Below, piece after piece: positions 27,577 to 36,524 of a DNA stretch of 64,000 nt; position 1 is the stretch's first letter; every line of letters begins with the position of its first letter. The translations under genes were made by a program, and so were the position numbers. Origin of the DNA: Spirochaetia bacterium (GTDB lineage Bacteria > Spirochaetota > Spirochaetia > SZUA-6 > Bin103). The notes beneath the pieces are model-generated. The model was given only the letters and a program-made list of their open reading frames with translations, was not told the origin of the DNA and did no database searches. The stretch lies in contig CBDAOI010000002.1 in the NCBI GenBank assembly GCA_965198005.1, positions 512,001-576,000 on the forward strand, given 5' to 3'.

Positions 27577-30318
27577 TCAGCGCATATGCACGTACAGGTC
27601 GCTGAACTCCACCGGTCCGCCCAGGACGCGCAACGCTATCGTGTCGGCGCGCCACCGGGCAACCTCGGGAGATACCGCGACCTTGAACTGCTCGGCACCG
27701 TCAACCAGCACCGCGATCGATCCATCGCAGGACATCGGCTCCATCGTCTCGGGACAGTCGTCCGGGTTGTAGAGCGCCTCCAGCGTCAGCCCGGCGTCCA
27801 TCCGCGGCGCGATGTTCCTGCTGTTCAGCCACATCAGCCGATTGCCGTCGAGCGACTGGTAGAGCTGCACCTGCGTCATGTCGGTGTCGTAGAATCCCTG
27901 TTCCTGCGTAACCCACACCAGATAGGAGTACCCGAAGTTCCAGGTGTTGCCCGACCGCGGGGTCTCCGATGCGAGGAAGTGCAGGCCGTAGCCCGTGAGC
28001 GTGTCGCCGGCGGTCCGTCCGGTTACCCCGTACAGGGTCGCCACCGCCAGTTGCGCCACGTTCCCGAACGCGAGCTTCGCGTGACTCGCTTCCGGGTCGG
28101 TCTGGCTCACGGCCATGCCCGAGGTGGACCACGCCCCCTCGTCCGGCAACGCCTCGCCGCCGGCGAACCCGCGCACCGCGCGCGTGACGTCGGCGGAGCT
28201 CAGCAGCTCGTCGCGCAGCAACTCCGCGTGCGTCCTGACCCGGTGGCCGAGCTCCTCCCGGGTGATGTAGATCGACCCGTCCCGGTCGATGCGCAGGGAG
28301 AAGGCGTAGGCGGCGCCGTGAATCCCGACGTTGGAGATCACCAGCGTGTCGGCCGCGGCCACCTTGACCGCCGGGGCGGAGAGATCCATGGCCGGAATCC
28401 AGCCCGACCGGGCGTCGAATACCGCCTCGACCACGCCGGCGTTGCCGCCGATGTAGCGCAGCCGCGCCGAGAACTCCCGGCCGGCGTATCTGATCCCGGC
28501 AAGGTAGATGGAATCGGGTCCGGCAATCGACACGCGCGCCGCGTCGAGATCGAGCATGCTCAGGTCGAGCGCGGCCGGCATCATGACGGGCCGCCCCTTC
28601 ATGTCCTGCATCAGCATCGCCATCTCGGCGGCCGCCGCGGCTGCTTTCGCCGCTGCCATTTCCACCTCGGCGGCGGCCATGGCCGCCTTTTCGTTGGCCG
28701 CGGCGGCCGCCGCCTGGGCCTCCGCGACCTCGGCAACGGCCGCGGCCTGCACGTCGGCTACGTTGGCGTCAGCCATCGCCCGAGCGTCGGCCACCGCGGC
28801 ATCGGCCCCGGCGCGTGCCTCAGCCACCGCGGCAACGGCCTCCGCCTGGGCGCCGGCTACCTTGGCGTCAGCCATGGCCCGCGCGTCCGCTATCGCGGCA
28901 TCGACCTCGGCCTGGGCGCCGGCTACCTCGGAAGCAGCCATGGCCCTGGCGTCGGCCACCGCGGCATCGGCGTCGGCCCGCGCGTCCGCCACCGCGGCAT
29001 CGGCGTCGGCCTGCACGGCGGCCATCTGCTCCTCCACGCTCGGCGGCAGCGGCACGCGCTTGATGTCGACCACCTCCAGCCGGTTGTCGCCGGTATAACG
29101 GAGCCGCCCGGAGTAGCCCCGGCCGTTGACCTCGACCGGTGAGACTTCTATCAGGTCAGGCTCCACGAGCGCCAGCCCGGTGTCGGACAGGCCGACCGAA
29201 TCGGGAATCAGCTCCCCGCCGGGCCCGAATACCTGCTCGACCGTGGCCGTGGTGCCGCCGTCGTACCGCAACCGCGCGGAGTAGTTCTCGCCGTCGTACT
29301 CGATCGACGACACGTACACCGAATCCGGTCCGGCCAGCGACACCTGGGCCGCGTCCAGATTCAGCAGACTCGGGTCGATCCGGCCGGCGGCGGCCATCAT
29401 CAGGTCGGCTTTCGCCTTGGCTGCGGCCGCCTCCGCCTGCGCCGCGTCCGGCAGCTCATCGGCGGCCTCGGCCGCGGCCTTGGCTTCCATCACGGCGGCG
29501 TCGGCGGCAGCCGCTGCGTCCGCAATCGCCATGTCGGCGGCAGCTTGCGCCGCCTTGGCTTCCATCACGGCGGCGGCGGCGGCAGCCTGCGCGGCGGCCA
29601 CCTGCTCCGCCACGCCGGCCGGTAGCGCGACGCGCTGAATCCCCACCAGCTCCAGCCGGTTGCCGCCGGTAAAGCGGAGCTGCCCGGAGTAGCCCTGGCC
29701 GTCCAGCTCGACCAGGGAGACGTCCAGCAAGTCCGGCGCGATGAACGCCAGCTCGGTCTGTGCCAGACCGATCGACGAGGAAATCACTTCCCCGCCCGGC
29801 CCGAACACCTGCTGCACCGTGGCCGTGGTGCCGCCCTCGTACCGCAACAGCGCCGCGTAGGTGCTGCCGTCGTAGTCGATGGCAGACACGTAGATCAGGT
29901 CGAGCCCGGCGAGCCAGGCGCGCGCCCGGTCGACACTCAACCGGTTCGGGTCCAGCCGATCGAAAGCGAACATCATCTCCGCCGCCATCTTGTCGGCGGC
30001 CATCTGTTCCGCCATCTTCTCCGCTTCCATCTGTTCTTCCATAGCCGCTTCCATGGCCGCTTCCATGGCCTCGGCCTCGAACGCGGCCTGCGCCGCGGCG
30101 ACCTCCTCCAGCACCGTGGCCATCTGCAGTTCGAGCGCCGCTATTTCGTTCTCGAGCGCCGCTACTTCCTCCTCCCATGCGGCTACCCGGTCCACCGCGG
30201 GCGCCGGCTTGTCCATCGCCTCCGCGGGCGGTTCGGTTACTTCCGCCGGCTCCGGCGTAGCACAACCAAGCAAGATGGCAGCGACCAGCAAAACTACTCC
30301 GAGACTTGCTCTGTTCAT
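27577..30318 (-). CDS. Large modular lipoprotein: coiled coil, three repeated beta-rich domains, Ala-rich stalks, C-terminal concanavalin-like beta-sandwich
   Basis: Lipobox ILLG-C; repeated GPDS.YVS.I.Y.G..YSARLRY.GG; GAGGAG RBS. Confidence 0.75.
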   Translation of the reverse strand: MNRASLGVVLLVAAILLGCATPEPAEVTEPPAEAMDKPAPAVDRVAAWEEEVAALENEIAALELQMATVLEEVAAAQAAFEAEAMEAAMEAAMEEQMEAEKMAEQMAADKMAAEMMFAFDRLDPNRLSVDRARAWLAGLDLIYVSAIDYDGSTYAALLRYEGGTTATVQQVFGPGGEVISSSIGLAQTELAFIAPDLLDVSLVELDGQGYSGQLRFTGGNRLELVGIQRVALPAGVAEQVAAAQAAAAAAVMEAKAAQAAADMAIADAAAAADAAVMEAKAAAEAADELPDAAQAEAAAAKAKADLMMAAAGRIDPSLLNLDAAQVSLAGPDSVYVSSIEYDGENYSARLRYDGGTTATVEQVFGPGGELIPDSVGLSDTGLALVEPDLIEVSPVEVNGRGYSGRLRYTGDNRLEVVDIKRVPLPPSVEEQMAAVQADADAAVADARADADAAVADARAMAASEVAGAQAEVDAAIADARAMADAKVAGAQAEAVAAVAEARAGADAAVADARAMADANVADVQAAAVAEVAEAQAAAAAANEKAAMAAAEVEMAAAKAAAAAAEMAMLMQDMKGRPVMMPAALDLSMLDLDAARVSIAGPDSIYLAGIRYAGREFSARLRYIGGNAGVVEAVFDARSGWIPAMDLSAPAVKVAAADTLVISNVGIHGAAYAFSLRIDRDGSIYITREELGHRVRTHAELLRDELLSSADVTRAVRGFAGGEALPDEGAWSTSGMAVSQTDPEASHAKLAFGNVAQLAVATLYGVTGRTAGDTLTGYGLHFLASETPRSGNTWNFGYSYLVWVTQEQGFYDTDMTQVQLYQSLDGNRLMWLNSRNIAPRMDAGLTLEALYNPDDCPETMEPMSCDGSIAVLVDGAEQFKVAVSPEVARWRADTIALRVLGGPVEFSDLYVHMR

Positions 30319-32489
30319 ATTTCCGTACTCCTCGTCCCGCTCCCGGCAGGCATCATTTTATGCGGTTCCCGTTGTAACGACTGGACCCCTTCAAGGCCCT
30401 TCAGGTGCTTGATCACGCGCCCGTAGTCACGCCGATTCCTTACTTCGACCGTGAAGCGTCCGGTGTACAACTCCTCGGCGTGCTCCTCCAGTCGTCCGGA
30501 GACCAACGTACCGCCGTCGCGTCGAATGATGCGCTCGATCTCCGAGAACAATCGCGCGTCGCGGCCGGCGGTTACCGTGAAGCTGTAGCTCAGCGGCGGC
30601 GCCGGCATCTCCCACGCCACCTCCACGCTCCGTTCGCTGAAGTCTGTAATGTTTCGCACGTTCGCACAACTGGCGCGGTGCACGGTGATGCCATGGCCGC
30701 GCGAGACGTAGCCCACGATCTCGTGATCGCTGGTGGGACGGCAACAGCGCGCCAGGCGAATCAACAGGCCGGCATCGTTGCCGCCGCGCAGGCCGACGCG
30801 CCGGGCCGGCTGATCGGCCGCGGGGCGGGCGCCGGCGGGGCGCGCCGGAGACTGCCGGCGGCGGGTGGGGGACGGTGCCGAGGCGGACGCCGCCGGCTGC
30901 GCCACGATGTTGCGCGCGATGATCAGGTCCGGGTTCTCCTGAGTCAGCCAGTGGCGGATATTGGAGCGGGCGCGCGAGGTCTTGACCGTACGCAGCCAGC
31001 CGACGTGCGGGCGGGCGCGGGCGCCGGTGATGATCTCGATCACCTGGGTGTTCCCGAGCTCGCCGCTGAGCGGAATGATCACGCCGTTCGCCTTTGCGGT
31101 CAGGCAGCGGTTCCCCACCTCGGTGTGGATGTGGTAGGCGAAGTCGATCGGCGTCGAGCCGCGCGGCAGCTCGATGATATCTCCCTTGGGAGTAAACACG
31201 TAGATCGAGTCCCGCAAGACCTCGCGCTTGATCTCCTCGAGGAACTCGGTGGACGCGGCGCGTGCGCCCTGCCAGTCGCGGAGCTGGTTGATGATCGACA
31301 GCTCGCTCCGCTCCGCCGGGCTGTCCCGCCCGCGCTGCCTGCGCATCACGACCGGCGCACGCTGTCCCGCCGCGCGCCGCGACTTGTACAGCCAGTGCGC
31401 GGCAATGCCGTTTTCCGCGGTTCCGTGCATCTCGTCCGTGCGAATCTGAACCTCGATCGTGGTGCCCCCCGAAGCCATCACCGTGGTATGCAGGCTCTGA
31501 TAATGGTTGGACTTCGGCATCGCGACGTAGTCCTTGAACCGGCCCTCGATCGGCGGCCACAGTTTGTGCACCAGCCCCAGCACCTCGTAGCACACGCCGG
31601 GAGTCGCACAGATCACGCGCAGTCCCAACAGATCGTGAATCTCGTCGGCCGAGTGGTCCCGATCCTTCATCTTGCGAAAGATCGAGTAGAAGTGCTTGGC
31701 CCGCCGTTCGACCCGCACCTCGAGGTTGCCGGCCTGCGCCGCTTCCATCAGCTCGGCCGCAATGCGGTGCAGCAGCGCGTCGCGCTCCGCCCGCGTCGCC
31801 GCCACGAATTCCTTGAGCTGTTCGTAGGCGCGCCGATGGAGGTACTTCATCGCCAGGTCTTCCAGTTCCGTACGAATCCGGTACAACCCGAGCCGTCCAG
31901 CCAGCGGACAGTAGATATCCATGCACTGGCGTGCGACCCGTTTGCGGTCCTCGGGGCTCAGGAACTCCAGCGTGCGCATGTTGTGCAGCTTGTCGGCCAG
32001 CTTGATCAGAATCACGCGCACGTCGCGCACCATCGCGAACAGCATCTTGCGAATCGTCTGCGCCGCCCGTACCGACTGGCTCGACCCCTTGATGATCGAG
32101 ATCTTGGTGACGCCCTGGACCAGATCGGCCACCTCCTGCCCGAACGTCGCGGTGATTTCCTCCAGGGACGAATCGGTATCTTCGACCACGTCGTGCAGCA
32201 GCGCCGCCACCACGGTCGCGGTATCCAACCGGCTCTCCACCAGAATCGCCGCCACCTGCAGCGGGTGCACGATGAACGGGTCGCCGCTGGCGCGGAACTG
32301 GCCGGAATGGCGGGCGTTGGCCCAGCGCGCCGCCGCCACGATGCGGCGCCGGGCCTCGTCCTCGTACTCGGTGAGCTGGTCGCAGAACCGGTTGACCAGG
32401 CGCCGCGACGCCTGCGTGACCCGCGGGTAGTCGGCATGCGGTCCGCGGTCCCGCACTGCGTCGGCGGCGCAGTGCGTTAGCTCGGCCAT
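30315..32489 (-). CDS. relA: RelA/SpoT (p)ppGpp synthetase/hydrolase
   Basis: HSGQFRASGDPFIVHP, LLHDVVED, KLADKLHNMRTL, RFKDY..PKSN.YQSLHT, TGS domain, ARCC.P, ACT-like tail. Confidence 0.95.
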   Translation of the reverse strand: MAELTHCAADAVRDRGPHADYPRVTQASRRLVNRFCDQLTEYEDEARRRIVAAARWANARHSGQFRASGDPFIVHPLQVAAILVESRLDTATVVAALLHDVVEDTDSSLEEITATFGQEVADLVQGVTKISIIKGSSQSVRAAQTIRKMLFAMVRDVRVILIKLADKLHNMRTLEFLSPEDRKRVARQCMDIYCPLAGRLGLYRIRTELEDLAMKYLHRRAYEQLKEFVAATRAERDALLHRIAAELMEAAQAGNLEVRVERRAKHFYSIFRKMKDRDHSADEIHDLLGLRVICATPGVCYEVLGLVHKLWPPIEGRFKDYVAMPKSNHYQSLHTTVMASGGTTIEVQIRTDEMHGTAENGIAAHWLYKSRRAAGQRAPVVMRRQRGRDSPAERSELSIINQLRDWQGARAASTEFLEEIKREVLRDSIYVFTPKGDIIELPRGSTPIDFAYHIHTEVGNRCLTAKANGVIIPLSGELGNTQVIEIITGARARPHVGWLRTVKTSRARSNIRHWLTQENPDLIIARNIVAQPAASASAPSPTRRRQSPARPAGARPAADQPARRVGLRGGNDAGLLIRLARCCRPTSDHEIVGYVSRGHGITVHRASCANVRNITDFSERSVEVAWEMPAPPLSYSFTVTAGRDARLFSEIERIIRRDGGTLVSGRLEEHAEELYTGRFTVEVRNRRDYGRVIKHLKGLEGVQSLQREPHKMMPAGSGTRSTEI

Positions 32490-33406
32490 TGGGCAACCAC
32501 CACCCGCGGCAAGCCGGCAAGGTCCTCCAGCACCGCCGGCGCGGCGTACCCCTGGCGCTCGAGGCAGCCGGCCAGGCCGGCGGCACGCTCGGCCGCGGTT
32601 TCCAGCACCAGAAAGCCGCCGGCGCGCAACCGCGCGCGGGCGCGGCCCAGCAGGCGCCGGGCCGGCTCCAGGCCGTCGGCGCCGCCGTCCAGCGCCAGCG
32701 GCGGCTCGGGCCAGCCGCGCCGCTGCAGTTGCGCCACCTCGGCCGTGGTCAGGTAGGGAAGGTTGGCCACGATCAGGTCCCAGCGCGCGGGCGCCGGCGG
32801 CAGCAGGTCGCAAGTTCGCAGCCGCACCGTTCCCGCCCCCAGGGCGCGGCAGTTGCGGGCCGCCGCGGCCACCGCGGCCGGCGCCAGATCGGACGCGCTG
32901 ACCCGCCACTGCGGTCGTTCCAGTTGCAGCGTGGCGGCGATCGCGCCCGACCCGGTGCCCACGTCGTGCACCGTGACCGGTCCCCGGCGGCGGCCGGCCA
33001 CCGCGTCCCCGCAGCGCAACGCGGCGCCGACCAGCATCTCGGTCTCCGGGCGCGGGATCAGCACCTGCCGGTCGACCAGAAAGCGGCGGCCGTAGAACTC
33101 CTTGCAACCGCGCAGGTAGGCGACCGGGACGCCGGCGGCGCGGCCGGCCACCAGTTCCCGGAACCGGGCCCGCGCGGCGACCGGCAGCGGTTCGGGGTAC
33201 GCCGCGAACAGCCGCTCCTTGGAGATGCCCAAGGCATGCGCCAGCAGCACGGTGGCATCCAGCACCGGCGTCTCGTGGGCGCCGGCGCGCAGCCGCGCGG
33301 CGGCCTCCAGCAGGGCCGTGCGCACGGTCGGCCCGCGCTCCGGGGCCGGCGCCGGTCCCGGGCCGCCGGGAACCGGCGTGCGGGCGGCGACCGCCATTCC
33401 GGTCAT
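32477..33406 (-). CDS. prmC: Release factor glutamine methyltransferase
   Basis: [34 protein letters not shown]; follows prfA. Confidence 0.93.
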   Translation of the reverse strand: MTGMAVAARTPVPGGPGPAPAPERGPTVRTALLEAAARLRAGAHETPVLDATVLLAHALGISKERLFAAYPEPLPVAARARFRELVAGRAAGVPVAYLRGCKEFYGRRFLVDRQVLIPRPETEMLVGAALRCGDAVAGRRRGPVTVHDVGTGSGAIAATLQLERPQWRVSASDLAPAAVAAAARNCRALGAGTVRLRTCDLLPPAPARWDLIVANLPYLTTAEVAQLQRRGWPEPPLALDGGADGLEPARRLLGRARARLRAGGFLVLETAAERAAGLAGCLERQGYAAPAVLEDLAGLPRVVVAQWPS

Positions 33407-34503
33407 GCCTCCGCCCGTGCCTCCGCCCGCAGGTAGGCGTCGCGCGCGCTGGTCTGCAACGCCGCGACCACCTCCGCCAGGTTCCCCAGCAACACCTCTT
33501 CCAGCTTGTACAGCGTCAGGTTCACGCGGTGATCGGTGAGCCGGTTCTGGGGGAAGTTGTAGGTGCGGATCCGTTCCGAGCGGTCGCCGGTGCCCACCTG
33601 ACGCCGGCGCGACTCGGCGCGCTCGCGCGCCGCCTTCTCCTCCTCCGCTTCGAGCAGCCGCGCGCGCAGCACCCGCAGCGCCTTGGCCTTGTTCTTGTGC
33701 TGCGACTTTTCATCCTGGCAGGTAACCACCAGGCCGCTCGGCAGGTGGGTGATCCGCACCGCCGAATCGGTGGTGTTGACGCTCTGCCCGCCGGGCCCGG
33801 AGGAGCGGAACACGTCGATCTTCAAGTCCTCGGGCCGGAGCGCGAGGTCGGTCTCCTCCGCCTCCGGCAGGACCGCCACGGTCACCGCCGAGGTGTGGAT
33901 GCGACCGCTCGACTCGGTCACCGGCACGCGCTGGACCCGGTGCACGCCGCTCTCGTAGCGCAGGTGCGCGAACACGTCGGTGCCCGCGATCGAGAAGATC
34001 AGCTCCTTGAAGCCGCCGACCTCGGTGGCATGGCTGGAGAGGATCTCCGGTTTCCAGCCGTGCAGATCGGCGTACTTGCTGTACATCCGGTAGAGATCCG
34101 CCGCAAACAGAGACGCCTCGTCGCCGCCCGTGCCGGCGCGAATCTCCATGATCACGTTCTTGCGGTCGCGGGCGTCCTTGGGGATCATCTGCACCCGCAG
34201 CCGCTCGATCAGCGCGCCGCGTTGGTCCCGGAGCTGCTCCAATTCCTCCTGCGCCAGCTCCGCGAACTCCCCCTCCGAGTCGGTCAGGAGCTGCTCGGTC
34301 TCTTCGATCTCGCCGCTGACCTGCTGCAGGCGGCGGTACCCTGCGACGACCTGGCTCAGCCCCGCGTGCTCCTGCATCAACTCGCGCGTGCGGCGCTGGT
34401 CCTTGTACAATGCCGGATCGGCCAGCGCGCGCTCCACCTCCCGGAAGCGGTCCGCAGCGCCGCTCAGGCTGCGCAGCAACGAATGTGCCGGGTCGTCGCT
34501 CAT
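33403..34503 (-). CDS. prfA: Peptide chain release factor 1
   Basis: [36 protein letters not shown]. Confidence 0.97.
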   Translation of the reverse strand: MSDDPAHSLLRSLSGAADRFREVERALADPALYKDQRRTRELMQEHAGLSQVVAGYRRLQQVSGEIEETEQLLTDSEGEFAELAQEELEQLRDQRGALIERLRVQMIPKDARDRKNVIMEIRAGTGGDEASLFAADLYRMYSKYADLHGWKPEILSSHATEVGGFKELIFSIAGTDVFAHLRYESGVHRVQRVPVTESSGRIHTSAVTVAVLPEAEETDLALRPEDLKIDVFRSSGPGGQSVNTTDSAVRITHLPSGLVVTCQDEKSQHKNKAKALRVLRARLLEAEEEKAARERAESRRRQVGTGDRSERIRTYNFPQNRLTDHRVNLTLYKLEEVLLGNLAEVVAALQTSARDAYLRAEARAEA

Positions 34504-34574
34504 CGGCTGGTACCGCCCTCAGGGTAGCAGAAAACGGCGTGAAACGGGATCGGTCGCGGTCGAGTCAGGTCGAG

Positions 34575-35168
34575 TCAGTCGAATCGGTCACTGCCTCCGG
34601 CAGCCGCCGGCGGCGCCGCGCGGCGCTGGAACAGGAAGCCGAACAGGCTCCCGCACACGCCGCCGGCAATGTGGGCGAATTGCGAAACGGTGTCGGCGCT
34701 GAACGCGCTCGCCACCTCGCGCGCCAGATAGACCACCACCACCAGGATGAAGGTGAGCGGGATTTCGCCGGCGGCGATGTTGGTGAAGGAGCTCAGCAGG
34801 ATCATCATGAACACGATGCCGCTCGCCCCCATCAGGCCGGTGTCGAGCAGCGCCACGTTGAGAATGCCGGTCGCCAGCGCGGTTACCAGCATCATCAGCA
34901 CCAGCGGCCCCGACCCGTACTTCTCCTCCAGGATCGGTCCGATCAACAGGATCAGGGAGAAGTTGGCCACCAAGTGGGTCCAGTCCTGATGCCCCACCAC
35001 GTGCGAGACCAGGCGGAAGTAGCTCAGCGGCGAGGTCACGGCGAAGGTGGGGAGCACCGTGAAGTAGGTGCGCGAGACCTGCCCGCCGGTGATCAGGTCC
35101 GCGACCAGCACGGCGACGCTGAACAGGGTGTAGCTGAGCACCGCCGGGGAGTTGTAGCGAATCTTCAC
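34575..35168 (-). CDS. Rhomboid family intramembrane serine protease
   Basis: H...HLVAN, GASG, AHIAG; multiple TM segments. Confidence 0.88.
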   Translation of the reverse strand: MKIRYNSPAVLSYTLFSVAVLVADLITGGQVSRTYFTVLPTFAVTSPLSYFRLVSHVVGHQDWTHLVANFSLILLIGPILEEKYGSGPLVLMMLVTALATGILNVALLDTGLMGASGIVFMMILLSSFTNIAAGEIPLTFILVVVVYLAREVASAFSADTVSQFAHIAGGVCGSLFGFLFQRRAAPPAAAGGSDRFD

Positions 35169-36517
35169 GCGTCCGCTCCGACCACGTCGAGAATCCGGGC
35201 GGTCGCCTCCGTGACCGCGGCTTCGTCCACCGCTTCCAGGCGCAGGCGCAGCAGCGGCTCGGTATTGCTCGGCCGCAGATTGAACCAGAACCGCTGATAG
35301 CTCACGCTGACGCCGTCGAGCGTCTCCTGCTCGCCGTCGGCGAACGCGGCCCGCACGCGCCGCAGGGCGGCCGCCGGGTCCAGCCCGTCGAGGCGGATGT
35401 TGACCTCGTCCTGCTGCACGTAGCGGCCGCGTAGCGGCGCCACCAGCTCCGCCAGGCCGCGGCCGCGCTGCTGCAGCAGATTGAGCAGCACGCCGAGCCC
35501 ATAGATTGCGGACTCGGTGTAGAACGAGTCGCGCACGCGGAAGTACAGGTGACCGGAGGTCTCGTTGCCGTACACCGCGCCGCTGCGCACCATCTCATCG
35601 TACAGGAAGGTGTAGCCGACGCGGGACCTGACCGGGACGCCGCCGGCCGCCGCCACGGTCTCGGGGAAGGTGCGGGAGGAGATCAGGTCGTACACGATCG
35701 CGGCCCCCGGGTGGCGTTCGATCAGGGCGCCGGCGATCAGGGCGCCGGCGAAATAGCTCTCCACGACGCGCCCGGTCTCGTCGCAGATCAGGACCCGGTC
35801 GCCGTCGCCGTCCAGCACCGCGCCCAGCGCGGCACCGGTGCGGACCACCTCGGCGGTCACCTGGCACTGGCTGGCGCGTTCCAGCGGATTGGGGGGGTGC
35901 GCCGGGAAGGTGCCGTCCGGGGTGCCGTTCAGTATGGTGGCGTCCAGTCCGAGCCGTTCCGCAGCCGCCGCCAGCAACCCTCCGGCCGAACCGTTCGAGG
36001 CGTCGAGCACCACCCGCATGCCCCGTACCGCGGGCCGCACGTGCGCGGTGGCGAACTCCAGATAGGGCTCCAGCGCGGCCGGCGGCAGCAGTATCGGCGG
36101 CGGCGGCGCCGGGTCCGGTGCGGCCGCGTCCTGCGCCACCGCGGCCGCGATTTCACGCAGCCCGCTGGTGGCGCTGAACGAGCCGCCGCGGCGGTCGTAG
36201 AGCTTGAAGCCGTGGTACTGCGGCGGGTTGTGAGACGCGGTGGCCATCACGCCGGCGGCGTAGCCCCCGTGCATCTGGGTATAGTGCAGCGCCGGCGTGC
36301 TGGTGCACCCGACGCTCTCGACCGCGGCGCCGGCGGCCGCCGCCCCGGCGCAGAAGGCGCGCAGCAGCCCGGCCGAGTGGCTGCGCGCGTCGTGACCGCC
36401 GAGCAGCCGGCCGCCGCCGGTGCGGCGGGCGAAGGCGCGGCCGGTCCGGTAGGCGAGCGTGTCGTCGATCTCGACACCGTAGATGCCGCGGATGTCGTAT
36501 GCCTTGAACGGGTTCAT
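35165..36517 (-). CDS. Phosphomannomutase/phosphoglucomutase
   Basis: FKAYDIRG, TASHNP, DGDGDR, ETSGH, RPSNTEP. Confidence 0.93.
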   Translation of the reverse strand: MNPFKAYDIRGIYGVEIDDTLAYRTGRAFARRTGGGRLLGGHDARSHSAGLLRAFCAGAAAAGAAVESVGCTSTPALHYTQMHGGYAAGVMATASHNPPQYHGFKLYDRRGGSFSATSGLREIAAAVAQDAAAPDPAPPPPILLPPAALEPYLEFATAHVRPAVRGMRVVLDASNGSAGGLLAAAAERLGLDATILNGTPDGTFPAHPPNPLERASQCQVTAEVVRTGAALGAVLDGDGDRVLICDETGRVVESYFAGALIAGALIERHPGAAIVYDLISSRTFPETVAAAGGVPVRSRVGYTFLYDEMVRSGAVYGNETSGHLYFRVRDSFYTESAIYGLGVLLNLLQQRGRGLAELVAPLRGRYVQQDEVNIRLDGLDPAAALRRVRAAFADGEQETLDGVSVSYQRFWFNLRPSNTEPLLRLRLEAVDEAAVTEATARILDVVGADA

Positions 36518-36524
36518 GCCGTGC

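Noticed and set aside
23975-27772. 1265-aa plus-strand ORF
   Set aside because: Antisense shadow of the helicase-TPR gene; high GC3 suppresses stop codons; no recognisable motifs.
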